This document shows, piece by piece, positions 13,331 through 28,532 of a stretch of DNA of 64,000 nt. Each line of letters opens with the position of its first letter. Position 1 is the first letter of the stretch. A program made the position numbers and the translations under genes. The stretch comes from Eledone cirrhosa (lineage: Eukaryota): the NCBI GenBank assembly GCA_964016885.1, contig OZ024742.1, positions 55,428,001 through 55,492,000 of the forward strand, given 5' to 3'. A model generated the notes under the pieces. The model saw only the letters and a program-made list of their open reading frames with translations. It was not told the origin of the DNA and searched no databases.

Positions 13331-14568
13331 AGAAAATAAAGAAAGCATTAAAATATTTGATTTCTGACGACGAGACAGTCATTCTAGATTTATACTGTTC
13401 AAGACTACACAAGTGAATTTATATATTTAATTTTAAATACAATCTTTTTTCCATATAATACCTTAAAGGTCTCATTTTATCACTACCTACCCAGATATTA
13501 ATTAAATGAATAACATTTTAGGAAGGATGTTATTTTAGTTATATTAATGGTGGTAACTTTATTCCCAATAGTTAATAATTGTTTCTACATTTTGGCACAA
13601 GGTCAGCAATTACCCAATAGTTAATAATGAGACCTATTATATGGAAAGAAATTGTATTTAAAATTAAATATATAAATTTAAAAATAAGTAGCTTTATATA
13701 AAGGGATTCACTTATAACATAATATATTGTATATTAACACATAGAATTTAACTAATTGGAGTTGTAAACAACTATACATTTTTCTCTTATATACAAATTA
13801 ATCGCCAATTACCTCCCCTTTCCCATTAGCTCCCCTTAGTATAGATCTCTAATTACTTCCTGAAATTAAACCGTTAGACAGATCACTCCAGAACAACTGG
13901 AACCCTTGATAAGATTGTAATAGGACCAATATACAATCCACAGTTATAGCTACTAATAAACATTTACTAAAATATAACCAATGTAATGGAAAGGAAAACC
14001 TTGATATTAATACTCACAACACATGCATATTTGAACATTATCGGAACAAATATCACATTGCATCCACCATAAACTTCATACAAACTGCTTTTCATACCCA
14101 CGCATCTCTGTCTGCTTAATATGCTATTATATCTGTATTGTATTATATGATATCTTTGCCATACTGTAATATATATGCTTAGTACCATTGTTTGTTTCTT
14201 ACCTGGTTATTCTGTACATGCCTAATACCTCTGCACTCTTTCTATACGTTTGCCTATGTACCGCTAATGTCCTCATTTTGCGCGTAACTTTCTTCTTTAA
14301 TTCTTCTATAATTGTTGTATTATTCTCTTATAATCTTTGTCGCATTAACTGATACTGTCAACATCATCTCCACTCTTTAAATATGACACTGTTAATGACA
14401 ACAATAACATCTACGTGTCTTTACAATGTTCTGTGGAATAGGAGGTTAATTATATGTAAAACTGAAAGTTTGGAAGAAACGATTGTCAGCAATAAAATGT
14501 TTTGATCATAGTTTTGATTATTCTGTAATTTATATATATATATATCAATGGACATAGAATAATGTATA

Positions 14569-14653
<85 letters not shown>

Positions 14654-14788
14654 GTGAGGTTTTTTTTACAAAATGAAAAATAACCGAGGTGTCCTACACG
14701 AGTGAAAGTATAAAGAAAAAGAGATGAAATCGAAAATGCAACTGAAGTCTTATTTGTTTAAAAACCACAGACCCCCCATCTCAACTCA

Positions 14789-14826
14789 CCTTTTGAAAAG
14801 CAGAAGAACTGCGAAACCGGTAAAGG
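14789..14826 (+). ncRNA. Minimal U3:A8 hammerhead, family B
   Basis: CCTT-TTGAAAA-GCAG aagaa CTGC-GAAA-CCGG-TA-AAGG; all three stems pair; lies between IR arms ~14712-14760 / 14850-14898. Confidence 0.7.
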
Positions 14827-14893
14827 AACTAAATAAATATATATATTTTTAAAAAAAATAAGACTTCAGTTGCATTTTCGATTTCATCTCTTT

Positions 14894-14933
<40 letters not shown>

Positions 14934-14986
14934 TTTTCTATAATGCATAACATTTTGTTTATATATATATATATAAATAAACAAAA

Positions 14987-15017
<31 letters not shown>

Positions 15018-15018
15018 C

Positions 15019-15090
<72 letters not shown>

Positions 15091-15115
15091 CAAAATGATA
15101 TGCATATAGAAAAGC

Positions 15116-15148
<33 letters not shown>

Positions 15149-15415
15149 AGTGTGTGTGTGTGTATATATATGTGTATATATGTTTATACATTATTGGAGG
15201 TCCATTGACTCTCCTGATTCCCCCACGCCAAATAACGGTGGGTATCCAAAATCACACTCCGCACCAAGCAGGCTTTGTGATTGCCGGGTTAGTCGCCGAC
15301 GATCCGATCATGCACAGGTTTTACGGGGTTATATGTTACTAGTAGCGCTAAAGAGTGACCTGACCAAGCATATATACATTTATACACATATGTACACACA
15401 GACTCTGAAATACGC

Positions 15416-15446
<31 letters not shown>

Positions 15447-15692
15447 TCATCATCATCATCATTATCATTATTTAACGTCATTCTTCCACGCTAGTTTCCG
15501 CTGGAAGGTTTTGTCCCACTTGAGGCGTGAATGTTTTTCAAAACGTGCCCGAATTAAACCCAGCCATTTCTGACGAGTAGAGCGGTTCTTATAACAATAT
15601 TTACTTTCTTCATTTTCTAGGTACCGTTGATCCCTTGTACCATAATGTTAAGGCATTCAAAGCTTTTAGTGCCGAATGTAAATTGCTATACG

Positions 15693-15721
<29 letters not shown>

Positions 15722-15733
<12 letters not shown>

Positions 15734-16088
15734 ATAGCTTTCACCGTATTTTTGACTAAAGGAATTTTTAGCTTCATAACGGGGTTTAGAACCCTCAGAT
15801 AAATGGAAAAAGATGAGTATTGACGTACATGGGAGTCGAACCCACATCTGTGGTTATCAATTTGAATGGAAAGAGATGGGTGATGTGTTGGTGTAATGGT
15901 AGCACAGTGGTCGCGATAACCACAGATGTGGGTTCGACTCCCATGTACGTCAATACTCATCTTTTTCCATTTATCTGAGGGTTCTAAACCCCGTTATCAA
16001 GCTAAAAATTCCTTTAGTCAAAAATACGGTGAAAGCTATATATTTTCTAATTTCTAACTCGCTCACTGTTTCAAAACATACTTACTTG

Positions 16089-16090
<2 letters not shown>
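15722..16090. repeat. Foldback unit (15722-15858 inverted vs ~15915-16050) containing a tRNA-like head
   Basis: Reverse-complement arms; (TA)n on both sides. Confidence 0.9.
15882..15952 (+). tRNA. tRNA-like cloverleaf (pseudo-tRNA or SINE head; loop CGCGATA)
   Basis: Acceptor GATGTGT/GTACGTC, D-arm GTGT/GCAC, anticodon arm GTGGT/ACCAC, T-arm GTGGG-TTCGACT-CCCAT; G instead of U33 argues against a translating tRNA. Confidence 0.6.
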
Positions 16091-16139
<49 letters not shown>

Positions 16140-16373
16140 CCTGTTTATGTAGATGTTGTCTATAAGGCTGCAGTTGCAAAAGTCTGATAATCAACCTTTG
16201 CTATTCACCACACATGCATGTGTTTCTATCGATCTCTAATAATGAGTGGAATATCAAAATCAGAATGGCACCGTGTCTGTTTTCAACTTCGATTTCCTAA
16301 AGGAACTGTTTTATTACATCACAATATTTTTTAGACGACGCTAACTTTCATCTCTGGTTATCGCCTGAATATA

Positions 16374-16467
<94 letters not shown>

Positions 16468-16707
16468 CACATATATAGCGTGTCTATAACTATTTATGTG
16501 CTGATTCTCTGTTATGTATATTCAAAGTTAACATGTAATCATTATAATGATCTCCCCGTAGACCACCACAAAATACAATAATAACGTAATAAAATACAGA
16601 TTAATTTCAAAGTAATATCAAGCCCTAATCTCTTGACATGTTTTTATATCTCTAGAATGAAACACCAACACGGGCAAATCAGATTTCGGACCATTATTTC
16701 CCATACA

Positions 16708-16900
16708 GGGCGGTGGATTGGCAGTAACGGTAGAGGCTCGGACGCCATGCTGTGATGTATAGAGTTACAGCCCTTGCCATTCTGAGTTCAAATCCCGCCG
16801 AGGTTAACTTTGCCTTTCATCCTTAAGCGGTCGATAAAATAAAGTACCAGTAATACACTGGATAACTGCTGGCCTTGTACCAATAGTAGAAACAATTATT
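16708..16900 (+). mobile_element. tRNA-type SINE
   Basis: Same consensus as 1785-1970. Confidence 0.8.
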
Positions 16901-17277
16901 TCCCATTATGTTCATACAGAATTTGGTTGCGTATAGAGGAATTATTAGGCAAATTGAAACGAAATGCAATATATGCAATCAAAGAACAAGACGTCAGTAG
17001 ATGTATCAATAAAATAAAATAAAATAAGATAAATAAATACATACACAAGCACAATAACAACAAGCACATAAACACACACTAGTCACCCAGCAGACACAAC
17101 ACTATACACACTAGTCACACAGCACACATAACACTATACACACACGCAAACGCATGCGCAAAGAAGACAAAATAAAATAAGATAAACAAACAAGCAAATA
17201 AATAAATTAATATATAGACAGACTGAATAAAAAATGGCGTAGACATACAACACAACATGAGGAACAAAGAATATAAC

Positions 17278-17318
17278 ACCACTGACGATGTTGCAGATGT
17301 GCAACGAAAGATTTATGT
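17278..17318 (+). ncRNA. Hammerhead motif, family A (degenerate stem III)
   Basis: CTGACGA(17282)-T-GTTGCA gatg TGCAAC-GAAA. Confidence 0.5.
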
Positions 17319-17569
17319 AAATTATGTAAACTATATATATGTGTTTGTGTCTATATTGTATCTGTATTATTTTTGACCGTCGGTCAGTCAATGGCAACAT
17401 TGAGGACCGAGTAAGTTAGATCGCAGATATAAAGGACAGCGAGAGGCGAAAACCAACCAAACAGTGAGTGTGTTCTGTTATTAATTCTGGCAATATTACG
17501 CAAATATGACCCTCCCCAAGTATAACAATATCTGTTTCGACACACGATTTCATATAAAAAACCTCGCTA

Positions 17570-17607
<38 letters not shown>

Positions 17608-17611
<4 letters not shown>

Positions 17612-18431
17612 TTAATATAGATGAGATTCTACAAGACTAGAACTGTTTCATTCATTAGAAATCATCAGGAATCTGGGTATCAAAAAATAAATATGGTATT
17701 TATAGGTCTCTACAAGTGGTAGGAGAGGGTGGGGAGTGGGATGGGTGCAGGTCATTGGTTGATAGAAAAGGGAATTCATTAAAAGCTAATTCTACAAAGC
17801 TATAGTTTATTTTTATTTTTATTTTTATTTTTATTTTTATTTTTATTTATATTTATTTATGTTTTTAGAGTAACAAGGGCAGACAGAATTCTATAAACAG
17901 GTTCCGGATGGCATACCATTCCTTGTCAATAAGTTTCTCTTAAGCTAACAGATGTCTATAAAATCAGTGGGGGGTCAGTCATGGTCGATAGAATTAAAGA
18001 AAAGGGAGATTCTTTAAAAGCTAAAGTCATTAAGGTTCTACTAAGTGACAAAGGTCTAGAGAATTCTGCAGACAGATTCAAAATACTGAGTGCATATCTT
18101 ACTATTATCTTCGAACTTCTCTTAAACTAATCAACTATATGCCAAAAATCAACAGACACATTCACAAAAAAACAAAAAAACACATACTCACTCACACACT
18201 TACGCGCAACCATAAACACACACACAAACACATATACACACATAAAAACACACACACATATATAAAAATATATAAATATATATTCATGTACACACACATA
18301 CATACACACATACATACAAACACGAGTATACAAGTATATACACACAAATACATATAGACATATATACATACACATACACAGACACATATACACACACAAA
18401 TATATACATATATATATATATATATATACAT

Positions 18432-18486
<55 letters not shown>

Positions 18487-18619
18487 TATATATATATACA
18501 CACATACACACATACATACATACACATACATACATACACACACATACGTATACATATATATATATATATATATACATATATATACATACATATACATACA
18601 CATATACAAATATATACAC

Positions 18620-18674
<55 letters not shown>

Positions 18675-18833
18675 TACATATATGCATACACATACATACA
18701 CACACACATACATACACATACATACAAATACACACACATATATATATACACGCACACACATATATATACACACACACATATATATACACACACACACACA
18801 CACACATACACATGCATATGTATAAATATCTAT

Positions 18834-18891
<58 letters not shown>

Positions 18892-18985
18892 ATACATATA
18901 CAAATATACACATACATACACAGACCTATACATAAATATACACATATATATACAGACATATAACGCATATATACACACACATATG

Positions 18986-19028
<43 letters not shown>

Positions 19029-19075
19029 GCGCATACACACACACACAAATATATATACACACTCTCTCTCTCACG

Positions 19076-19173
<98 letters not shown>

Positions 19174-19502
19174 TATATATATACATACATACACATACAT
19201 ACACACACATACATACATACACACATACACATACACAGACACATATATATACATATATATACACACATACACAAACACACACATACATATACATATATAT
19301 GTAGATACATATACATATACACATATATACATATATCTATATATATCTATATATATATATATATACACATATATACACACAAATACATACACATATATAT
19401 ATATATAAATACATACAAATACACACACACACACACATATATATATACATATACACACCTGCCCACACAACTATATACATATATATACATATATACACAT
19501 AC

Positions 19503-19587
<85 letters not shown>

Positions 19588-19606
19588 CACACACACATAC
19601 ATACAT

Positions 19607-19639
<33 letters not shown>

Positions 19640-19794
19640 CATATACACACACACATACACATATACATACATATACATATACACATATATATATATACAC
19701 ATATATATATATATATACATATATATATACATATACATATATATATACATATACACACATATACATACACACATACACATACACATATATATAC

Positions 19795-19851
<57 letters not shown>

Positions 19852-19854
19852 ATG

Positions 19855-19893
<39 letters not shown>

Positions 19894-20680
19894 TTGTGTG
19901 TGTATATGTGTCTGTGTATGTGTATGTATATATGTCTATATGTATTTGTGTGTATATACTTGTATACTCGTGTTTGTATGTATGTGTGTATGTATGTGTG
20001 TGTACATGAATATATATTTATATATTTTTATATATGTGTGTGTGTTTTTATGTGTGTATATGTGTTTGTGTGTGTGTTTATGGTTGCGCGTAAGTGTGTG
20101 AGTGAGTATGTGTTTTTTTGTTTTTTTGTGAATGTGTCTGTTGATTTTTGGCATATAGTTGATTAGTTTAAGAGAAGTTCGAAGATAATAGTAAGATATG
20201 CACTCAGTATTTTGAATCTGTCTGCAGAATTCTCTAGACCTTTGTCACTTAGTAGAACCTTAATGACTTTAGCTTTTAAAGAATCTCCCTTTTCTTTAAT
20301 TCTATCGACCATGACTGACCCCCCACTGATTTTATAGACATCTGTTAGCTTAAGAGAAACTTATTGACAAGGAATGGTATGCCATCCGGAACCTGTTTAT
20401 AGAATTCTGTCTGCCCTTGTTACTCTAAAAACATAAATAAATATAAATAAAAATAAAAATAAAAATAAAAATAAAAATAAACTATAGCTTTGTAGAATTA
20501 GCTTTTAATGAATTCCCTTTTCTATCAACCAATGACCTGCACCCATCCCACTCCCCACCCTCTCCTACCACTTGTAGAGACCTATAAATACCATATTTAT
20601 TTTTTGATACCCAGATTCCTGATGATTTCTAATGAATGAAACAGTTCTAGTCTTGTAGAATCTCATCTATATTAAAACTG
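17608..20680. repeat. ~3.1 kb foldback: ~0.8 kb arms (17608-~18430 / ~19852-20680) around a complex TA/CA microsatellite
   Basis: Arms are nearly identical reverse complements. Confidence 0.95.
20613..20663 (+). ncRNA. Hammerhead ribozyme motif (inverted copy 17624-17674)
   Basis: AGATTC-CTGATGA-T TTC taat GAA T-GAAA-CAG...TTG-TA-GAATCT; 6-bp stem I, GUA site. Confidence 0.7.
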
Positions 20681-20745
20681 TTATACTCTGCTATGTATTG
20701 AGTACCTTACTTACTGTGGTTACCTCCGATTCAACCCGGAATAAC

Positions 20746-20798
<53 letters not shown>

Positions 20799-20954
20799 TA
20801 TATATATATATGTGTGTGTGTCTGTGTGTGTGTGTATAAATATGCATATATATACCTGAATCTACGACCACCGACTTCAACTTAGGCATTAGTACCTTTT
20901 TAATTTATATTGCAATAATATTAGAAGTTCAAATTTATTATCACAATATCTAGG

Positions 20955-21160
20955 ACTGTAGATTGGAAGTATAGGTTTAGCGTTGGACACTCTGATTCCG
21001 GACATTGAGTCACGGCCTTTTGCGTTTTGAGTTCAAATCCTGTCGAGGCTAGCTTTGCCCTTCATCCTTACGAGATTCATAAAATAAAGCACATTTAATG
21101 CACTGGCTTCAGTTTAGTCGACTGTTTCCTCCCAGAAATATTGTTGACCTTGTGTCTACC
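20955..21160 (+). mobile_element. Degenerate tRNA-type SINE
   Basis: GAGTTCAAATCCTGTCGAGGCTAGCTTTGCCCTTCATCCTTACG. Confidence 0.6.
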
Positions 21161-21689
21161 ATTATCACTGTGTCTATTGTTTTAGCATGGATAGATATTA
21201 TATTTGTTAACTATTGAATATGATTGAATTGAACTAAGATGTCAATTGGCCAATGATGAAATACATATATAGAAACAACTAAATTCAGAAAACAATTTTC
21301 TTAACTTTCCACATTTATATTTAAAACTGCATCTATGTTTCATGAAAATTAATATTACTCAAATTTTGATTTTGAATTTATCTGTATTTATTAAGATTAA
21401 AGTACCGATAGTCCATAATAAGGACCGATTGATACGCATATAACGTGTTATCTCTATAATAAAACACCTTTAGTCTCGCTGTAGTTATTATTCGTTTTCA
21501 TTACAGCTCTATTAGTATCGGATCAAAAGCAACTACGTCATTGCGTTTACCCCAAACCTTAGGTTGCTTCAAAGATCAGAACTTAAAATAGAGGAAGTGA
21601 GACTAAATGTATCTTTATAATACATAGCCATATTGTATGTCATCATAACCATCTTTACTCTGAACCACCATGTTTAAGTGGTAACATTA

Positions 21690-21880
21690 TTTAATAATTG
21701 TTTCTACTTTTGGCACAAGGCCAATAATGTACCCAGTACATTACTGGTACTTTATTTTATCAACCCCGTAAGGATGAGAGGCAAAGTTAACCTCGACGAG
21801 ATTTGAACTCAGACCGTAAAGGGACGTAACTATACTAGAAAGCATGGCGTCCAACTCTCTACCGATACTGCCAATTCACC
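21690..21880 (-). mobile_element. tRNA-type SINE
   Basis: Reverse complement of the 1785-1970 consensus. Confidence 0.75.
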
Positions 21881-23833
21881 TTATTTTACTAAGAACTATT
21901 TATATACAGAAGGCGGAAAATGAAAGAATTGTGATAACTTCAGTTAGAATGCTTTGCGGTATTTTTTGCTTTGCCTTTTATCCTTCGACATTGATAAAAA
22001 GTTTATGCCTAGCAGAGGTAATTTTTCTCAACCTTTTTCTCACTTCCTTTCTATATCCTTCTCTCGAAGAAATTGGATGCGTTCACACATGGAAAAAAGA
22101 TGGGATCCACCAGGTTTCAAAAACCCAAGAAACATCCTATGTCATTACGGTGCCCCTACGACTCCTTCAATACTTACGGTTTAGGCATACATAGATGTAA
22201 TTATATAGGGAGAAGAACGTCTCATTCATGAATCCTTGATTTATATATTTGCTCTCGTCTGAAACCGCAGGAATCAAGGTTTTCTCTATTGAATTGTATA
22301 CTGAATAGACACAACTATGATTTTCTAGATATTTTATTTTCATTTTCACGCCCATTTGCATGGAGTTTGAATTGGAGTAATCACGTCTCGTTTGTTTTAG
22401 AGAAAGATCGTTTGGAATATTCTCTTACGACCATTCCTATACTCGATTCAAAGAAACAGAGACAGACGTATAGAGAGAAATACCGAAAGAAAGAAATATA
22501 ATTTACAATGAAAGGAATGGTTCAAAGAAATCTACAAACAAAATAGATTATTATTAAATGGCGAGTTTAATTTACTTATTTAAGTTTGATAATAAAAAAT
22601 ATAACATGCGTTTTCGACTTGAGTGAGCATAAGAATCCGGATAATCTAAAATATAAACGTAAACATTATAATAGATTAAAAGCTTAAACTATATAATCAG
22701 ATAATCTATTCTTTCGTTGACTCGTGAAGAAAATTAAGAAAATTACTAAAAAGCGTATGACATTCCCGGTGTTCGATCATTGTTAAAATCTGCTCGGGAC
22801 ATTAACATGTAAGTGCCAGAGCATTCGACCTAAACATGAAGCGTAATGGATTGTGATATCTCTGGGTATTTGAATTACAGATATAATTCATCCAACAGTT
22901 CATCGGATCAGTTTCCGTCACATAATTTCTCTCACTATGCTTTGGTTGACTCGGTGAATGACATTTTCATATAATGTGAAGTAGTGGAATCGAACTAAAA
23001 ATTCAATGCTGCTTCTATTATATTATATGAATGCTATCGTAGTTCCTCGTAACAGTATATCATATATGACCCCTAACAAACAAAACTAGACAAATTATCT
23101 TTTCGTTTTGGATATGTGTCAACTTGGATATGTATCAACGTAATTGCGAATCAAATTACCGCAATGATTTTGAGGCTTAGTTGAATTGAGTACGGTTAAG
23201 GTTTGTTTTACTTGAGCTAGAGATGAAATCAATAATTAGATTTCGCCTCTGTGTGTTGATATATTTCAGAACTATATATACAATAATGGTGGTTTAAACG
23301 TGACGATGTTATAGTTTCATATTTGCATTCGATTTTGCATTTGCTTTGATCGTCGTCATAATAATGACGACGATGATGGAAAACTTAAGTATGTTTCAGT
23401 TATGCTGATGATTGCGCTGATGTAGGACACTTTAAATTGTTTTCTTGATTATTGCTATCTCCTTGTCGATTATATTATCAGTTGATAAGGAAGGAGGCCC
23501 ATTTGTGAAGGGGTTTATATATTAATGGTAGTATTCGTATTTAAAAGCCCATCAATCAATCTTTTGTCTTCTATTTTCTAGAGGTTATTTTCTACTTTCG
23601 ATTCTAAAATCATTTGAGTAACAATTTATGACAATAACAAAACAGAGCAAGACAGAAATCAATAAAATCAATGATGTTTGCACTCGAAAAAGTCTGTACG
23701 TGCCTGAGCACCTCTTCAAATAGAGAGCATCGCATCAGTGACAACCGAAGGCAATGTTTGTGTATACTTGCATGAGAGCTTGCATAAAAGAAACCTCAAT
23801 TCGAATGATTCACGATACATACATATTTAAATA

Positions 23834-23893
<60 letters not shown>

Positions 23894-23989
23894 AATACTT
23901 AGGTTAATAGGAGTTAGGTATTGTATACCCGTGCCCCATTAAGGTATTGGCAGCATAATAATTAGCTCTATGCTTTGGAGCAGAGCCGT

Positions 23990-24448
<459 letters not shown>

Positions 24449-24449
24449 T

Positions 24450-24632
24450 TTTGAAACGATCGACTTTCGTCAAATCGGACCGAGGGAACAATGTTTCCAT
24501 TGGTCTTTTCCAATTGCTAATACTATCTATCGGTCGCAACTCCAGGTAGAATGAGCAACGTGAAATAAAGTGTCTTGCTCAAGGACATAACGCATCGCCT
24601 GGACCAGGAATCGAACTCACAACCTCACGATA
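24450..24632 (-). mobile_element. CORE-like SINE fragment
   Basis: Minus strand GAGTTCGATTCC (B-box) ... GTCCTTGAGCAAGACACTTT. Confidence 0.6.
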
Positions 24633-26623
24633 TATATGTATATAAATATTTATATACACATATATATATACAATATATATACACACAGGTACCCAAATAC
24701 GCACGCATACGTATACATACATATACAAACATACACACAAATACACATACATATACAAACATGCACATACAAACAAACACATACATATACATAATTATTT
24801 AACCCAATGACTCTTGCACTATCAAGTAACTTTATTTAACGTAAAAAGCTCAATAAGGAATAAAGTGGGCATCTACACATCTACATTTATGAATAAAATA
24901 AACAGCCTTGTCGTGAAATACACGTGCATGTGATCAAGCATTCTATCAATACCTGTACTCACAAAGTTGTTCTCAGAAGTATTTTGTGTGACAGAATGAA
25001 TGACGAAATAGGTTTGTTTTATTGAGGGCAGCACTCAGATTTGCCAGCTGAGTGAAATATAGTGAAATATAGTGTCTTTTTTGAAGGATACCCTGCAAGG
25101 TATCGAAATCACGATCATTTGATTCAGAGCAAACCTAATATGCCTCCATAGTGAACGATGTAAGCAAAGTTTCAATTCTAATTTAAAACCAATTTTCTGT
25201 AATTACCTTTTAATTTTTAGAGAAATCGCTCAATACCAAACATAGAATGTATTAAGGTGAATGTAATCCATCGCTGTCTAACTAAAATTACACCAGTAGT
25301 TATTTGTCGGGTCGTTCTCCAGCGCTAATGGTAATGTGCAACACTATAAATCCTGCCACATAACTGAGTGGTCGGCTTGATTGGCGTAGTGATGTTTGAA
25401 GAAAGGGTGGAGGAATTGAGAGGAGTGAACTGTAACAAAAATGAGTAATCAGAACATTTTAGCAATGGATGGTTGTCTGGCAAAGAAAATGATCACTGAT
25501 TTTAAAACCGAAGTAAATAAAAGTGGATGTGCTGCGGCCTGGTAACTAGCTTCCGAGTAACAGTCGAATAAGGATTTTTAGAACTGCCGTTTTTAGAATA
25601 TGTCGTTAAATATGTAATCTCAATGCAATAGAATACAGAGTTCCGTTTTTTTGTGAATTGTAACTCCACCTCTGGTAACATTAATTTTCAGCTTTCGGTA
25701 TCTTACACAATAATATATCGCCACATTTTCTGTCCAAAATAAATTAATCTATTTACAGTAATACTGTTGATTTCATAAAAGGTATTTCAGAATTCATATT
25801 AACAATTCCATGTTTTCACTTAACGCATCCCAACAGTTAACGTTGCTTTTATGTAGTGGAAATTGATAAAAATATCGAGATGCTTCCAAAGAGATATTTT
25901 ATCATTTTCAGGTAGAATTGATGCAATTGAACGGATATAATCAACCATATTTCCTCCCTTACCGAAAAAATCAATATTCTTCAGATTTGAGTTTGCATTT
26001 CAACTGCCTTTGAAATATTTCCAATCGATCTTAACGAAATCATTCGTTGGTTATTCGTTAATATGGAGAACAATGTGACGACTAAGATTGTGTGCATCCA
26101 GCGTGAAACTTGATAGTTCAATCAAAATTAGAACCCTTCATTGCGTATTAAATAGAAGGTGATTACATTTTACCCAAACTTCAAGAAGTATGCATAGTTC
26201 TTATTTATTTATTTATTTATTTTTACAGGAGTGAAATAAAAAGATTGAATTAGAAGCTTTCACCGTATTTTCTACTCGGGAATATCTGTTTACTACTAAA
26301 ACTCTGTGATTGTGCGCTTGTCTGTAATTTAATACAGCCAAAACGCGGCATACCGGGGAAATACTTTGAAAGGACGTTGTCCCTACGGCGGGAATACATA
26401 TGGAATAAAAGTTTCCCGTAAATCGAAGCATGGGTTCCCGAGATACGGGGTTTTTCCTGGTACATTCATAAGTAGAGAGTGAAAGAAAGATAGAGAAAGG
26501 GATAGTGGTTGTAAGAGAGTAGATTGACAGACAGATATATATATATATACTATATATAGAGTTATAAACTCAGTCTTTTACAATTAAATAGCTCAAAGAA
26601 AGAGATATTTCTGAGCCGTGAAA

Positions 26624-27243
26624 TACAAATTAATATAAATTAATATATGATAAACACTAATACAAGTATATAAGTGTTTGTATTGCAAATGACCAAGTTA
26701 GCTAGATTGAAAATACTAATTAAATTAATATAGATTGCCTGTCTCGATTTAAAATAATAAATCAATAGAAACAAACCCATATTGGCAATAGCCGTGATAC
26801 CTGGACAAATTTAAATTTCAAAACTCAAATCTGTTTCGCAACAATAAGTGAAAATTCCATTTCTGTGCTCAGCTGCAGGTATCCAGAAATTGCTATGTTT
26901 CACCTCAAAATACTTAGGAAGACTGAGAGAAAAATGTGTTGTTGAACGCACATGGTGTCCCAGCGTCTAGCCAGTCCTATACTCGTGCCGCTAGAGATAG
27001 CAGCCGTTTTTATGGGACTAAAACATTTTGCTCAACAAATGGAGCCGATAATACTATATATAGAGTTATAAACTCAAACAGTCGCCAATATGGGTTTGTT
27101 TTTATTGATTTATTATTTTAAATCGAGACAGGCAAACTGTATTAACTTAATTAGTATTGTTCAATCTAGCTAACTTGGTCATTTGCAATACAAACACTTA
27201 TATACTTGTATTAGTGTTTATCATATATTAATTTATATTAATT

Positions 27244-27248
<5 letters not shown>
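26624..27248. repeat. Foldback unit (arms ~26624-26786 / ~27084-27248)
   Basis: Reverse-complement arms; direct repeat TACTATATATAGAGTTATAAACTCA at ~26548 and ~27053. Confidence 0.9.
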
Positions 27249-27316
<68 letters not shown>

Positions 27317-27392
27317 GGAAAATGGAAGAGAAAGCTGTTGGTGTTGTTGAATGAAATTATAACTGTGTCTTCAAAGAATCGTTTACAGTATT

Positions 27393-27430
<38 letters not shown>

Positions 27431-27989
27431 CATACACACACACAAAACATACACACACACACACACACACACATACACACATACACACATACACAATTTC
27501 ATATTTCATATTACATTATATACATGCCTGTGAATATTTTCATTATTTAAACATTATTTTTAAGTGAACATGATTTAAAAAAAAAATATTTTGGAAGTGA
27601 ACGTGACAGGGGTGGTCCAGTATATTATAAAAAAAGGGCATGTAACACCCGTAAACGGAGAGAAAATGTTCTTTTTTTTTTCGTTTTCCGTGTTAGATTA
27701 TTTTCTGTAGTAGCAAATTTGGCTAAAGCTTCTAGTTCAAATTTGATATAACATTAATTATCCCCCGCATAAATAAACATTTACAATAACTAAAACTGAG
27801 AACATAATGTTCCTGACTGTATAGCATTTCAAATTTACTACACAATGTATATATGGAAAAATATCACATGATCCACATGACAGGTGCAATGTGTCCGAAC
27901 ACGGAAGAGCCGAACTTCCACTGTCATCGACTCCATCTCTCTCGCCATCCCCATCCCTCTGTAGTTTGAGCAAATGGGGTCCCACGTGC

Positions 27990-28215
27990 TGACAGTCCCA
28001 CAGCCCGGTGGACATAATGGATAATGCGTTTGCCCTGCGGATGGTAAGGGAGATGCGCTGGAAGAGCCATTCCATTTCGCGAGACTCACACATTCAGCTG
28101 CCCATGTCATCACCTATAGTGGTGAATAGGGAGGTAGCCCTAGGGCCAATGACATCAGAAGTCAGCACTGCCAAGGTCACGACCGCAAACCTGTCGATGA
28201 GCGACTGGTATAGTA
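27990..28215 (-). mobile_element. CRE-like LINE 3' fragment (RLE C-terminus)
   Basis: Translations FAVVTLAVLTSDVIGPRA... and WLFQRISLTIRRANALSI resemble the CRE/RLE tail motif FQRxSxxIxRxNA. Confidence 0.55.
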
Positions 28216-28532
28216 TTCGGTTGAAGGAATATAGAATGTCAATAATATTTTCGAAATCAAAACTAATTAAGCGTACAGAACATAATAAATATTTCATGTA
28301 TTGCGTATTTTCTGTACTATTAATATAACTACAAAAAACACAGTTCATCACTGCACTATGTTTTGTTTCATCCAACCAGCATTTCCGTGATTACATAATA
28401 CACATTTTAAAACTGTAATAACATGTTGAGTTTAGATATACAAATACACACAAGCACACACACGTACATATTCTTAGATAAACGCGCTCACACATATACA
28501 CGCATACAACACACACATATATATCTATTTAT

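Noticed and set aside
18127-19810. Long ORFs (up to 447 aa) rich in Y/I/C/V/M/H/T, and similar ORFs throughout the track
   Set aside because: They are translations of TA/CA microsatellites that lack stop codons; there is no coding signal
22178-22258. Possible minus-strand exon (tttcag...gtaagt)
   Set aside because: No recognisable protein or partner exons; the GTAAGTATTGA motif also occurs in repeats here
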